Assembly: GCA_034530875.2 (NCBI GenBank) | Contig: JAVRCJ020000014.1 | Coordinates: 128,001-192,000, forward strand | DNA: 64,000 nucleotides | Reading direction: 5' to 3' | From: Nostoc sp. DedSLP01 | GTDB taxonomy: Bacteria; Cyanobacteriota; Cyanobacteriia; Cyanobacteriales; Nostocaceae | Part shown: positions 49,290 to 58,794 of the stretch, in pieces | How positions within the stretch are numbered: position 1 is the first letter of the stretch | How the letters are laid out: each line of letters begins with the position of its first letter | Notes under the pieces: model-generated | The model's input: the letters and a program-made list of their open reading frames with translations, nothing else | What the model was told of the DNA's origin: nothing | Databases searched by the model: none | Made by a program: the position numbers and the translations under genes

Positions 49290-49919
49290 ATGAAATTGCC
49301 ACGAACAACTTTAATTTTGATACTGCTAGCGCTGGGTTTAGGCGGTTTTGTTTACTTCTATGAAATTAAAGGTGCGACTCAGCGACAAGAAATTAAGGAG
49401 CAAAAGCAGCAAATTTTCTCTTTTGCTGAAGATGATGTGCAGGCTTTAACAGTCAAGACAAAAAAACTCACTCTGAATTTGGAACGTAGCAATCAATCCA
49501 ATAATCCTAAGTGGTTAATTAAATCTCCAATATCCGAACCAGCAAATGATGCTATTGTTTCTTATTTGATGGATTTGTTAGTTAAAGGTAAAAGCGATCG
49601 CACCTTGTCAGTTGCACCAAATGAGCTTGGGCAGTTTGTTTTAGATAAACCACAAGCAACTATTAATATTACCTTAAAAAACAAACAAATTCATCAGATA
49701 ATTTTAGGTAAACATAACTTTAACGGCAGTTTTTTGTATGCTCAAGCTGACCCGCCTACCAAACCCGAAGGTAATGTAAATGTGTTATTGGTATCGATAG
49801 ATTTTGAAAATGCAGTAAATCGAGATTTATCAGAATGGAAACAAGCGACAGATAATAATATTAAATCAACACCTTTACCAAGCAATCTTCCTCTACCGGC
49901 TCCGACAAAGACCAAATAA
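49290..49919 (+). CDS. DUF4340 domain protein
   Basis: N-terminal TM; W.I.SP...AN...V; typical fourth gene after GldG. Confidence 0.8.
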   Translation: MKLPRTTLILILLALGLGGFVYFYEIKGATQRQEIKEQKQQIFSFAEDDVQALTVKTKKLTLNLERSNQSNNPKWLIKSPISEPANDAIVSYLMDLLVKGKSDRTLSVAPNELGQFVLDKPQATINITLKNKQIHQIILGKHNFNGSFLYAQADPPTKPEGNVNVLLVSIDFENAVNRDLSEWKQATDNNIKSTPLPSNLPLPAPTKTK

Positions 49920-49930
49920 ACATAGTCCAT

Positions 49931-49956
49931 TAGGGGCGTACAGCTGTACGCCCCTA
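49931..49956. repeat. Perfect 26-bp REP-like palindrome
   Basis: TAGGGGCGTACAG|CTGTACGCCCCTA. Confidence 0.85.
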
Positions 49957-49996
49957 CTTCAAATCTCACTAATTTTTCTAATACGAATTTGCAAGT

Positions 49997-50132
49997 TAAG
50001 TTAGGTAGACATAATTAAATGTAAAATAAAAAAATTTAAAACCCTAAGAAAAACTGGCTTTTCCCTTTTGCCTCCTGCCGACGCTCGCGGACTCGCTAAC
50101 GCTGCGCTATCCTGCCTTCTGCCTTCTACTTA
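49997..50132. mobile_element. MITE-like repeat ending just before purU start, with 30-nt small insert
   Basis: TAAGT..GACATAATTAAATGTAAAAT ... TCCTGCC[GACGCTCGCGGACTCGCTAACGCTGCGCTA]TCCTGCCTTCTGCCTTCTACTTA. Confidence 0.6.
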
Positions 50133-50134
50133 CT

Positions 50135-50989
50135 ATGACTAATTCGACAGCAATATTGTTAATTTCTTGCCCCGATCGCCGGGGATTAGTGGCTAAATTT
50201 GCCAATTTCATCTATTCTAATGGTGGTAATATTATCCATGCCGATCAGCATACAGATTTTGCTGCTGGCTTATTTCTCACCCGCATTGAGTGGCAGTTAG
50301 ACGGATTCAATTTACCGCGAGAATTTATTGCACCGGCTTTTAATGCGATCGCTCAACCTTTGGGTGCTAAATGGGAACTACATTTTTCTGATACTGTACC
50401 CCGTATTGCTATTTGGGTTAGTCGCCAAGACCATTGTTTGTTTGACTTGATTTGGCGACAACGTGCCAAAGAATTTATTGCTGAAATTCCTTTAATTATT
50501 AGCAACCATTCTAGTTTAAAAGCAGTGGCCGAGCAATTCGGTATTGATTACAAGTATATTCCGATTACTAAAGAAAACAAACTCGAACAAGAAACCAAAC
50601 AATTAGAATTACTCCGCCAATACAAAATAGATTTAGTTGTTTTGGCGAAATATATGCAGATTGTTAGTGCAGATTTTATTAATCAATTTCCACAAATTAT
50701 TAATATTCATCACTCATTTTTACCAGCTTTTGTAGGCGCAAATCCTTATCACCGAGCTTTTGAACGGGGTGTCAAAATTATTGGTGCGACTGCTCATTAT
50801 GCTACTGCTGATTTAGATGCAGGGCCAATTATAGAACAGGATGTGGTACGAGTTAGCCACCGCGATGAAGTTGATGATTTGGTGAGGAAGGGCAAAGATT
50901 TAGAGCGAATTGTATTAGCAAGAGCAGTGCGATCGCACCTGCAAAATCGTGTCTTAGTCTATGGTAATCGGACAGTAGTATTTGAGTGA
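50135..50989 (+). CDS. purU: Formyltetrahydrofolate deformylase
   Basis: ACT N-terminus (CPDRRGLVA), INIHHSFLPAFVGANPY, GATAHY, LDAGPIIEQ. Confidence 0.97.
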   Translation: MTNSTAILLISCPDRRGLVAKFANFIYSNGGNIIHADQHTDFAAGLFLTRIEWQLDGFNLPREFIAPAFNAIAQPLGAKWELHFSDTVPRIAIWVSRQDHCLFDLIWRQRAKEFIAEIPLIISNHSSLKAVAEQFGIDYKYIPITKENKLEQETKQLELLRQYKIDLVVLAKYMQIVSADFINQFPQIINIHHSFLPAFVGANPYHRAFERGVKIIGATAHYATADLDAGPIIEQDVVRVSHRDEVDDLVRKGKDLERIVLARAVRSHLQNRVLVYGNRTVVFE

Positions 50990-50998
50990 TTGTAAATC

Positions 50999-52615
50999 TT
51001 ATATCTTAACGAGTGCTACGATCGCTGCTATCAGTTTTGAAGGATCGGCGGGTTTAGAAACATAGAGTTGAAATCCGGCGGCAAAAACGTGTTTTTGTGT
51101 TGTTTCTGCGGCGTAAGCAGTAAGGGCGATCGCGGGAATATCTCCTCCTAAATCGGCCGGCATTGCTCTGATTTTTCGGATTAAGGTGTAACCGTCAACT
51201 TCTGGCATACCCAAATCGCTCAAGAGCAAATCTGGTTTTGACTCCATAATGGCAGCTAGGGCTTCTTTGGCAGATGCGGCAACTGTGACGCTAGCTCCCT
51301 GTTGTTCTAATAGAAAAGCGAGAAACTCACGAGTATCAGCATCATCATCTACGATTAATAAACGTATTCCTTGTAGCGAACCATAAAGCACGGACAATGG
51401 ATAAGGATTTTGCAATCCATTGCTATTTTCGCTTTGTGATTCCAGACTTTGTTGAAGCGGTGGTAAGGAAACTGTAAATGTCGCGCCATGTCCTTCTCCC
51501 TTGCTCTGTGCTAAGACTGTACCGCCATGTAACTCGACTAATTGACGCACAATCGCTAAACCAAGTCCTAATCCGCCGTGGCTTCGGTTTGTACCACTAT
51601 CTGCTTGCCGAAAATACTCAAATACGTGTGGTAGAAACTCAGGACTAATACCTTTACCATTATCGCTAACTTGCAGTTGTACCTGAGAATTAATCTCTTC
51701 TAAATAGACTTCTATTTGTCCGCCAACTGGTGTAAATTTAATCGCGTTAGAAAGCAGATTCCAAACAATTTGTTGAATGCGGCTGCTATCACCCTTTATC
51801 TGTACAATTCCTTTACCAAAATGAAGATTAATTTGAATCGACTTTGCTTCTGCTGCTAATTGCACTGTTTCTAAGGCAGCTTCAATAGTGGAAACAAGAT
51901 TAACTGTTTCTAAATTCAGTGCTAGCTTACCCCGGAGAATCCGCGAGATATCCAACAAGTCTTCAATTAACTGAGCTTGTAATTGAGCGTTTCGTTCGAT
52001 GGTTTCAACGGCACGAGCAGTTGCAGCGGCGTTTAATGAGCGATTTTTTAGTAGCTTTGCCCAACCCAAAATAGGACTCAAAGGAGAACGAAGTTCGTGA
52101 GAAACAATTGCTAAAAATTCATCTTTAATTTTGTTTGCTGTTTCAGCAACTTCTTTAGCACGTTGGCGTTCTTCTGCTATTGCTAAAGCTTGGTCTCGAA
52201 GGTTTTTATATTCCTGAACTCTAAAGGTTAAATCTGTAAAATCTTCAATTGAGAACAGAGCATAAAATCCATCTCCATCGAATGCAGATACACTACTAAC
52301 TGTTGTGTGTTGAATGCGATATCTATCTTCTGATAAAGGTACAGGAATAATATATTTATGCAGTTGAGAAGAAAAAATTGCTGGCGGGCCGCCCTCAAAA
52401 ATTTGGCGCAAGCGGCTAGTATAACGAGGCTGATTCAAATGGGAAAAATATTCATAAATAGAAGTTCCTAAAATCTTACTTCTGGAAATTTTTGTCCATT
52501 CTTCTAAACAGGAGTTCCAGAATAAAACAATATAATTTGACTGTAGAACAAAAGCTCCTAACGGAATTTTATCTAAAAGGCTAAATTTTTCCTGAGCTTG
52601 TTCGATGATGTTCAT
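50999..52615 (-). CDS. PAS-like + HisKA + HATPase + REC hybrid histidine kinase
   Basis: SHELRSPL, NLLSNAIKFT, DNGKG, GLGLGL; REC VDDD/SDLGMP/SKP. Confidence 0.92.
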   Translation of the reverse strand: MNIIEQAQEKFSLLDKIPLGAFVLQSNYIVLFWNSCLEEWTKISRSKILGTSIYEYFSHLNQPRYTSRLRQIFEGGPPAIFSSQLHKYIIPVPLSEDRYRIQHTTVSSVSAFDGDGFYALFSIEDFTDLTFRVQEYKNLRDQALAIAEERQRAKEVAETANKIKDEFLAIVSHELRSPLSPILGWAKLLKNRSLNAAATARAVETIERNAQLQAQLIEDLLDISRILRGKLALNLETVNLVSTIEAALETVQLAAEAKSIQINLHFGKGIVQIKGDSSRIQQIVWNLLSNAIKFTPVGGQIEVYLEEINSQVQLQVSDNGKGISPEFLPHVFEYFRQADSGTNRSHGGLGLGLAIVRQLVELHGGTVLAQSKGEGHGATFTVSLPPLQQSLESQSENSNGLQNPYPLSVLYGSLQGIRLLIVDDDADTREFLAFLLEQQGASVTVAASAKEALAAIMESKPDLLLSDLGMPEVDGYTLIRKIRAMPADLGGDIPAIALTAYAAETTQKHVFAAGFQLYVSKPADPSKLIAAIVALVKI

Positions 52616-52733
52616 TGGGCGATCGCAACTTTTAATATTGTTATGTATGCAGCAAATGTAAACTCTTTCTAGAGGGAGGGAGTAGGGAGTAGGGAATGGG
52701 GAGTAGATTTGTTTGTAACTCCTAACAGGATTG

Positions 52734-53342
52734 CTATATTACTTGCAGTTCCTCGTTTATTGCATTAATCAGTACATCAAAAGTACCTACTAAAAAGATT
52801 AAAAGAATATCTCCAATAATTTCTAATTGTTCAATTGCGAATCTAGCTTGTGCTAGTAAAATTTTTGAATTGCTCTCATCGGCAGACAACAATAAATTTT
52901 CGATTTTATCTTCTAAATATATTGGCAATGTGTAATTCACATGTTGCTTTAATACATTAGTCAGCGAACCCATTACTCCATTGATGACAATGTTACCAAT
53001 TTCGCTCAAGGTGCTAATTTTCACTGCATCTAAATCTGCCGATCCTGGTTCTTCACCTGTAAGTGCTGAAACCAATGTTGAGGCGCTGTCAGTAGGAAAA
53101 ATTAAGCCAGCAGTGCCATAAAAAGAACCTGTAAAGCCTAGCTTGACAGTTGCCAAACTTTCATCACGAAATCGGGGTGCTAATTCTTGATAAGCATCTG
53201 AAACAGTTAACACTTTTACAAATGGAGTTTGGAGATGAATATGACAATCTAGCATTTCATTGAGTAGACTGGCTGCTCGACCAACTCCAATATTAATTAA
53301 TTCCTGTAAGGCATCTAGTTCTTCTACTGTTACATTCATCAA
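52734..53342 (-). CDS. cheC: CheC-family phosphatase
   Basis: Two ExxN motifs: DALQELINIG and LSEIGNIV. Confidence 0.88.
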   Translation of the reverse strand: MMNVTVEELDALQELINIGVGRAASLLNEMLDCHIHLQTPFVKVLTVSDAYQELAPRFRDESLATVKLGFTGSFYGTAGLIFPTDSASTLVSALTGEEPGSADLDAVKISTLSEIGNIVINGVMGSLTNVLKQHVNYTLPIYLEDKIENLLLSADESNSKILLAQARFAIEQLEIIGDILLIFLVGTFDVLINAINEELQVI

Positions 53343-53345
53343 AAA

Positions 53346-53711
53346 TTATTCCTTAGTATTAACAACTTCTTGGATTGCCTTTCGCAATTCATTTTCTTTG
53401 ACGGGTTTATTAATAAAGTTTACTGCTCCTAAGTTATAGCTTTGATTGCGCGAACCTTCTTGAATATCGGCTGAGATAATGATTACAGGTATTTTGAATT
53501 CTTCTTCTTGCATAGCTTTAAGAAATTCAAAACCATCCATATCAGGCATGAGAAGATCCGCTAACACACAATTTGGTTTATGGTTATGAACCATTTCTAA
53601 TCCTTCCCGTCCATTTGCTGCTTCTAGAATTTCATAACCATCTAGTTGTAAATACTTGCGGATCATTCTCCGAGAAAAGGCTGCATCATCGATAATTAGA
53701 ACTACTGTCAT
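53346..53711 (-). CDS. Single-domain response regulator (CheY-like)
   Basis: IIDDAAFSR, ADLLMPDMDG, ISAD, FINKP; ATG 53711 preferred. Confidence 0.9.
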   Translation of the reverse strand: MTVVLIIDDAAFSRRMIRKYLQLDGYEILEAANGREGLEMVHNHKPNCVLADLLMPDMDGFEFLKAMQEEEFKIPVIIISADIQEGSRNQSYNLGAVNFINKPVKENELRKAIQEVVNTKE

Positions 53712-53877
53712 CAGCTTGATTAGCAAATAGAGAATAAATATAATTTTACAATTTCAGTCAAGACGATTTTTATTCCTAACATAAAATTAAACATCTATTC
53801 AAAGAAGGATGTTGGTGCAATTTAAAAAGTAAATTAGTATTAACATAAGATATATATATTTTGAGTTTTTTAAGGTA

Positions 53878-56070
53878 ATGGAGCCAAATGAGATTGATGA
53901 TGAGGATCTAGAAGCATTTCTCGTTGAGAGCTACGAGAATCTAAATCAAATTGAACGAGATATTATTGAGCTAGAGAAAGCATCTGTTAATGGAGAAGCA
54001 TTAGTTCGGATTTATCGATCGCTCCACACACTCAAAGGCAACTGTGGCTTTTTACCGTTTCCTCATCTGGAGTCCCTTGCTCACGCTGGGGAAAATTTGC
54101 TTTCTCATCTGCGGGATGGCACATTAGCAATAACCCCAGATATTATTAGTACTTTACTACAAACAGTTGACACCATTCGGCAAATCCTTTCTCAAATTGC
54201 AGCTACCAAAGATGAAGGCGATCGCGATTATTCACCACTGATTGCAACTTTAACGCAATTACAGGAAATTCAACAAACACCATTAGCCTCTCCATCGTCT
54301 CTTAACACGCAAGTGTCATTACAAATACATACAGCAAATGCTGAGTCTGTGGATTTTCAGGATCGAGCCGAACTATCAAGCATCACCTCATCAGAATCTT
54401 CTCATATTCGAGTCAATGTTAATTTATTAGACCGGGTGATGAACTTAGTAGGCGAACTAGTTTTAACCCGTAACCAAATCCTTAAATTTAGTAATCAGTT
54501 TCAGGATAATAATTTTACTGCAACCTGCCAGCAATTGAGTCTACTGACAACTCAATTGCAGGAAGGAGTGATGAAAACTCGCCTGCAAGCAATTAGTATT
54601 ATTTGGCAAAAGTTCCCTCGCGTCATCCGCGATATAGCCATAGCTGCGGGCAAACAAGTCCAGGTGGAAATGCACGGGGGAGATACCGAACTAGACAAAA
54701 ATATTATCGAAACTATTAAAGACCCCTTAACTCACTTAGTACGCAACTGCATCGATCATGGTATTGAGTCACCAAGCGAGCGACTTGCTTGTGGAAAGCC
54801 AGCTGTCGGCAGACTATTTCTCAGAGCCTTTCAGGAAAACGGCAAAGTCAATATTGAAATCGGCGATGATGGTCGCGGTCTTAATCCCAAACAATTCAAA
54901 CAGCGAGGGCAGCAACTTGGTTTAATCAGTGCCGTAGAAGCTAGCTCGATGAGCGAATTAGAAGCGATAAACTTAATTTTCTTACCCGGCTTCTCCACTG
55001 CTCAACAGGTGACTAATCTTTCCGGGCGCGGGATGGGAATGGATATTGTCAAAAGCAATATTGAAAAAATTAATGGCACTATCGAAATTCAGAGCCAGCA
55101 GGGACAAGGCACAATATTTAAAATCAAGATTCCCTTGACATTGGCAATTATTCCCGGATTAATTGTTAGCAGTGGCGGTTATCGCTATGCTATTCCCCAA
55201 GAGAGTTTACAAGAGTTAGTACGCCTAGAAGGTCAGGCAGTCAATAAAATTGAGATATTTTATGATGTGCCTGTGTATCCCTTGCGGGGTCGGCTTGTAC
55301 CATTGGTCGATGTCAATCGAGTATTGCAGTTAACCAATAAGGCGACCAACTCAGAAATGTTGAGTATTGTAATTATTCAAGTTGATAACTATCAGTTTGG
55401 ATTGGTCGTAGACACAATTGAAGACATCCAAGATATTGTAGTTAAACCTTTGGGGAAACAGTTAAAGACGCTATCGGTATTTTCAGGAGCCACGATTTTA
55501 GGAGATGGTTCCGTGGCATTAATTATTGATGTTGTTGGTTTGGCAAACTACTCTGGTGTCAGTGCCAAAAACCAATTACTCAGCCAAAACAGTGGAAATA
55601 GCCAAGAGCAACAAAGCGATCGCCAAACGATTGTACTATTTGAAGGCCCCCAAGGCGCGCGGATGGGAATTCCTCTAGCGAAGGCGCTGCGAATCGAAGA
55701 AATTTTAGCTTCTGCTATCGAGAAAGTCGGCAACCAGTATGTCTTACAGTCTTACGGTCAAATTCTGCCAGTAATCGACCTGCATCAAGTATTTTTGCAC
55801 AGCGATCGCCATCTCCTCAAGCATCAGGATTTAGGCGAAATCATCCAGATACTCATTGTCTCTGGTGGCAATTCAGAAGTTAGTGTTGGGCTAGTGGTTG
55901 ACCGCATTCTCGACATTGTAGAAGAACCACTAATCATAAAAGGCGTTCCTAGCAGACCTGGCGTGCTTTTATGTGCTGTCATTCAAGGACAAATAACAGA
56001 AATTTTGGACATTGAGACTGTTATTCAAATTACTAATCCTCATTTACTGCAACTAGCTACTCATGGTTAA
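53878..56070 (+). CDS. cheA: CheA histidine kinase (Hpt, dimer, HATPase, two CheW-like domains; no REC)
   Basis: IYRSLHTLKG, LVGELVLTRNQ, HLVRNCIDHGIE, GFSTA..SGRGMGMD, IPLTLAII, two CheW-like modules. Confidence 0.95.
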   Translation: MEPNEIDDEDLEAFLVESYENLNQIERDIIELEKASVNGEALVRIYRSLHTLKGNCGFLPFPHLESLAHAGENLLSHLRDGTLAITPDIISTLLQTVDTIRQILSQIAATKDEGDRDYSPLIATLTQLQEIQQTPLASPSSLNTQVSLQIHTANAESVDFQDRAELSSITSSESSHIRVNVNLLDRVMNLVGELVLTRNQILKFSNQFQDNNFTATCQQLSLLTTQLQEGVMKTRLQAISIIWQKFPRVIRDIAIAAGKQVQVEMHGGDTELDKNIIETIKDPLTHLVRNCIDHGIESPSERLACGKPAVGRLFLRAFQENGKVNIEIGDDGRGLNPKQFKQRGQQLGLISAVEASSMSELEAINLIFLPGFSTAQQVTNLSGRGMGMDIVKSNIEKINGTIEIQSQQGQGTIFKIKIPLTLAIIPGLIVSSGGYRYAIPQESLQELVRLEGQAVNKIEIFYDVPVYPLRGRLVPLVDVNRVLQLTNKATNSEMLSIVIIQVDNYQFGLVVDTIEDIQDIVVKPLGKQLKTLSVFSGATILGDGSVALIIDVVGLANYSGVSAKNQLLSQNSGNSQEQQSDRQTIVLFEGPQGARMGIPLAKALRIEEILASAIEKVGNQYVLQSYGQILPVIDLHQVFLHSDRHLLKHQDLGEIIQILIVSGGNSEVSVGLVVDRILDIVEEPLIIKGVPSRPGVLLCAVIQGQITEILDIETVIQITNPHLLQLATHG

Positions 56071-56518
56071 AGAAAAAATTTGCACCTTTTTTCTTAAAGG
56101 AGTTTACTTTGGTATTGATGTGGAGAACGTTCAAGAAGTTATTCGCACTCAAGCAATGACTCCTGTACCTTTAGCACCAGCAGATATCTGTGGGTTAATT
56201 AATTTACGGGGGCAAATTCTTACTGTTATTGATTTACAGCGTCGATTAGAAATCACCCAGCCAGAAACGCAATCAATTACAAAACTTACAGATGCAGCCC
56301 AAGGATTTAATATCATTGTCTGTTCTGATGATGAAATAGTTAGTCTACTGGTGGATGATGTGGGAGATGTTTTAGAGTTTCCCCAAAACACCTTTCAACC
56401 TCCACCTGCAACATTAAAAGGTAAAATGCGGCAAATGCTAGCAGGAGCTTATCCGCTTACAGACGGGTTTGTTCTAGTTTTAGACGTACACAAAGTTTTA
56501 AATGTTAGAGGTTTTTGA
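56063..56518 (+). CDS. cheW: CheW coupling protein
   Basis: VQEVIR..MTPVPLAP..ICGLINLRGQILTVIDL, LLVDDVGDV; last codons and stop lie in MITE TIR. Confidence 0.93.
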   Translation: MVKEKICTFFLKGVYFGIDVENVQEVIRTQAMTPVPLAPADICGLINLRGQILTVIDLQRRLEITQPETQSITKLTDAAQGFNIIVCSDDEIVSLLVDDVGDVLEFPQNTFQPPPATLKGKMRQMLAGAYPLTDGFVLVLDVHKVLNVRGF

Positions 56519-56661
56519 AAAGTGTTTTGCTGTGATTTTAGGCACGTTTAGATCCCCCCTAGCCCCCCTTAAAAAGGGGGGAACTGGAATCAAAGTCCCC
56601 CAATTTATCGGGGGATCTAGAACTTTTCAATACCGACCAGAGGACTTTTCAAACATCCTCT
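56507..56661. mobile_element. MITE, AGAGGATGTTTGAAAAGT TIR family
   Basis: AGAGGTTTTTGAAAAGT (56507-56523) / ACTTTTCAAACATCCTCT (56644-56661); internal C/G-run hairpins. Confidence 0.75.
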
Positions 56662-56706
56662 TAATTTTAAAAGTCAGATTATTGAGTAATTGAGGAGTAT
56701 TTAACC

Positions 56707-58011
56707 ATGACTACAAATCGGACTAGAAAAACAGATAACTCTAAATCTCCTATGGTGGAAAATGCAGCAGCCCAGCCGAATGATAACGGTATCACAAAAG
56801 AGCAATTGCAAGCCTTACTTGTAGGATTAAAAGCAGCAAAAAATGGTGATTTTACTGTCCGTTTGGCAGTGGAAAATAACGAACTGAGTGAAATAGCCTC
56901 TGTTTTTAATGAACTGGTGAGTTTCAATCAAAACTTTGCTAGCGAAGTGACTCGCATGGCATCAGAGATTGGCGTCCAAGGTAAACTCGGTTCTCAAGCA
57001 GTGGTGAAAGCCGCAACAGGAAGTTGGAAAGAATTGCTCGACAACTTAAATCAAATGTCTGTGAATTTAAAAGAGCAAATCACAGAAATTAATCAGGTAA
57101 CACTTGCCGTTGCCCAAGGAAATTTGTCCGAGCAAATTGAGGCTAGCAACGCAGGAGAGTTTAAGCAACTCGCTGATAATGCAAATCAAATGATTACTAG
57201 CCTGAAGTCGTCAATTAGACAAATGACAGAAGTTGCCACAGCAGTTGCCTCTTCTTCAGAAGAACTAACCGCAGTCAGCAAAGAAATGACTCACAATGCC
57301 GAACAAACAGCCGAACAGGCCACTTTAGCTTCCGCCTCTGCCGAACAGGTAAGCCAGAATACCAATACAGTTGTGACGGCGGTGGAAGAGATGAATGCCA
57401 GCATTCGAGAAATTGCCAAAACTGTTACTGAAGGTTCAAAAGTTACTATTGATGCAGTTAAAACAGCCGATCGCACCAACCAGACAATTAACAAACTCGC
57501 TCAAAGCAGCATTGAGATTGGTAAAGTCATCAAAGTAATAACCGCGATCGCCGGACAAACAAACTTACTGGCACTTAATGCTACCATCGAAGCTGCAAGA
57601 GCTGGGGATGCAGGTAGAGGATTTGCAGTCGTAGCCAACGAAGTCAAAGAATTAGCCAAACAAACAGCTAACGCCACCGAAGATATTAGCCAGCGAATTG
57701 AAGCGATTCAGACAGATACCAAGGACGCTGTTACAGCCATCACCCAGATTACCGGCATTATCAATCAAATCAACGATTTCCAAAACACCATTGCTAGCGC
57801 CATTGAGGAACAAACAGCAACTACTAATGAAATTAGTCGAAATATCGCCGAGGCAGCCAAAGGAACATCAGACATTGCCAAAAATATTGGAATTGTGGCA
57901 CTCAATACTCAAACTACTAACGCTGGCACCAGCAATACATTACAGGCAGCTACAGAATTATCCCGTATGGCAGTAGATTTGCACAAAGTCGTCAACCAGT
58001 TTAAGTATTAG
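56707..58011 (+). CDS. Cytoplasmic methyl-accepting chemotaxis protein with poly-HAMP N-terminus
   Basis: No TM; HAMP repeats; [37 protein letters not shown] signalling hairpin; GAGGAG RBS. Confidence 0.93.
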   Translation: MTTNRTRKTDNSKSPMVENAAAQPNDNGITKEQLQALLVGLKAAKNGDFTVRLAVENNELSEIASVFNELVSFNQNFASEVTRMASEIGVQGKLGSQAVVKAATGSWKELLDNLNQMSVNLKEQITEINQVTLAVAQGNLSEQIEASNAGEFKQLADNANQMITSLKSSIRQMTEVATAVASSSEELTAVSKEMTHNAEQTAEQATLASASAEQVSQNTNTVVTAVEEMNASIREIAKTVTEGSKVTIDAVKTADRTNQTINKLAQSSIEIGKVIKVITAIAGQTNLLALNATIEAARAGDAGRGFAVVANEVKELAKQTANATEDISQRIEAIQTDTKDAVTAITQITGIINQINDFQNTIASAIEEQTATTNEISRNIAEAAKGTSDIAKNIGIVALNTQTTNAGTSNTLQAATELSRMAVDLHKVVNQFKY

Positions 58012-58044
58012 ACGGTTGACTGTTGACTGTTGACTTGTCCAGCC

Positions 58045-58077
58045 AGATCCCCGACTTCTTTAAGAAGTCGGGGATCT
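58045..58077. repeat. Perfect 16-bp-arm palindrome
   Basis: AGATCCCCGACTTCTT-T-AAGAAGTCGGGGATCT. Confidence 0.85.
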
Positions 58078-58139
58078 TATCTTTCACGAATGATTTAGGA
58101 TTGCTATACCAGAAAATAATTTTGCAAGGCAGGTTTAAT

Positions 58140-58433
58140 GAGTCTTTAATACTCGCGGACGAGTCTTTGATACTCGCGAACGAGCCTTTGATACTCGCCG
58201 ACGAGTCTTTAATACTCGCGGACGAGTCTTTGATATTCGCCGATGAGTCTTTGATACTCGCAGACGAGTCTTTGATACTCGCCGATGAGTCTTTGATATT
58301 CGCGGACGAGTCTTTGATACTCGCGGACGAGTCTTTGATACTCGCGGACGAGTCTTTGATACTCGCGGACGAGTCTTTGATACTCGCGGACGAGTCTTTG
58401 ATACTCGCGGACGAGTCTTTGATATTCACGAGC
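58140..58433. repeat. Tandem array, 14 x 21 bp (GAGTCTTTGATACTCGCGGAC)
   Basis: Counted 14 contiguous units, no spacers; units 9-13 identical. Confidence 0.95.
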
Positions 58434-58440
58434 GAATCTC

Positions 58441-58743
58441 AGAGGTTGTTTTAAAAGTGGTTGGTTGTGATTAAAATCAGATTCTTACCCCCCTTAATCC
58501 CCCCTTATAAAGGCTACGGTGTACACACAAGTCGGAGTTGCTTGTGAATTCCGGACTTTACCCCCCTTAATCCCCCCTTGTTAAGGGGGGAAAAAGAGAT
58601 CCAGTTCCCTCCCCTTTCTAAGGGGAGGGTTAGGGTGGGGTAATTCGATAACTTGTGTGTACACGGTAGCCTTTCTAAGGGGAAGGTTAGGGTAGGGTAA
58701 ACAAATATTTGATACAGGACTACAAACTTTTCAAATATCCTCC
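58441..58743. mobile_element. Composite MITE: AGAGGATGTTTGAAAAGT-family element with a second MITE (58509-58674) nested inside
   Basis: Outer AGAGGTTGTTTTAAAAGT / ACTTTTCAAATATCCTCC; inner AAAGGCTACGGTGTACACACAAGT / ACTTGTGTGTACACGGTAGCCTTT (23/24). Confidence 0.8.
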
Positions 58744-58794
58744 CAGAACTTCACCCCCAATCCCCATGCCCCATGCCCCATGCCCAATGCCCCA

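Noticed and set aside
58140..58433. CRISPR array
   Set aside because: Units are contiguous 21-mers with no unique spacers, and there are no cas genes in the window.
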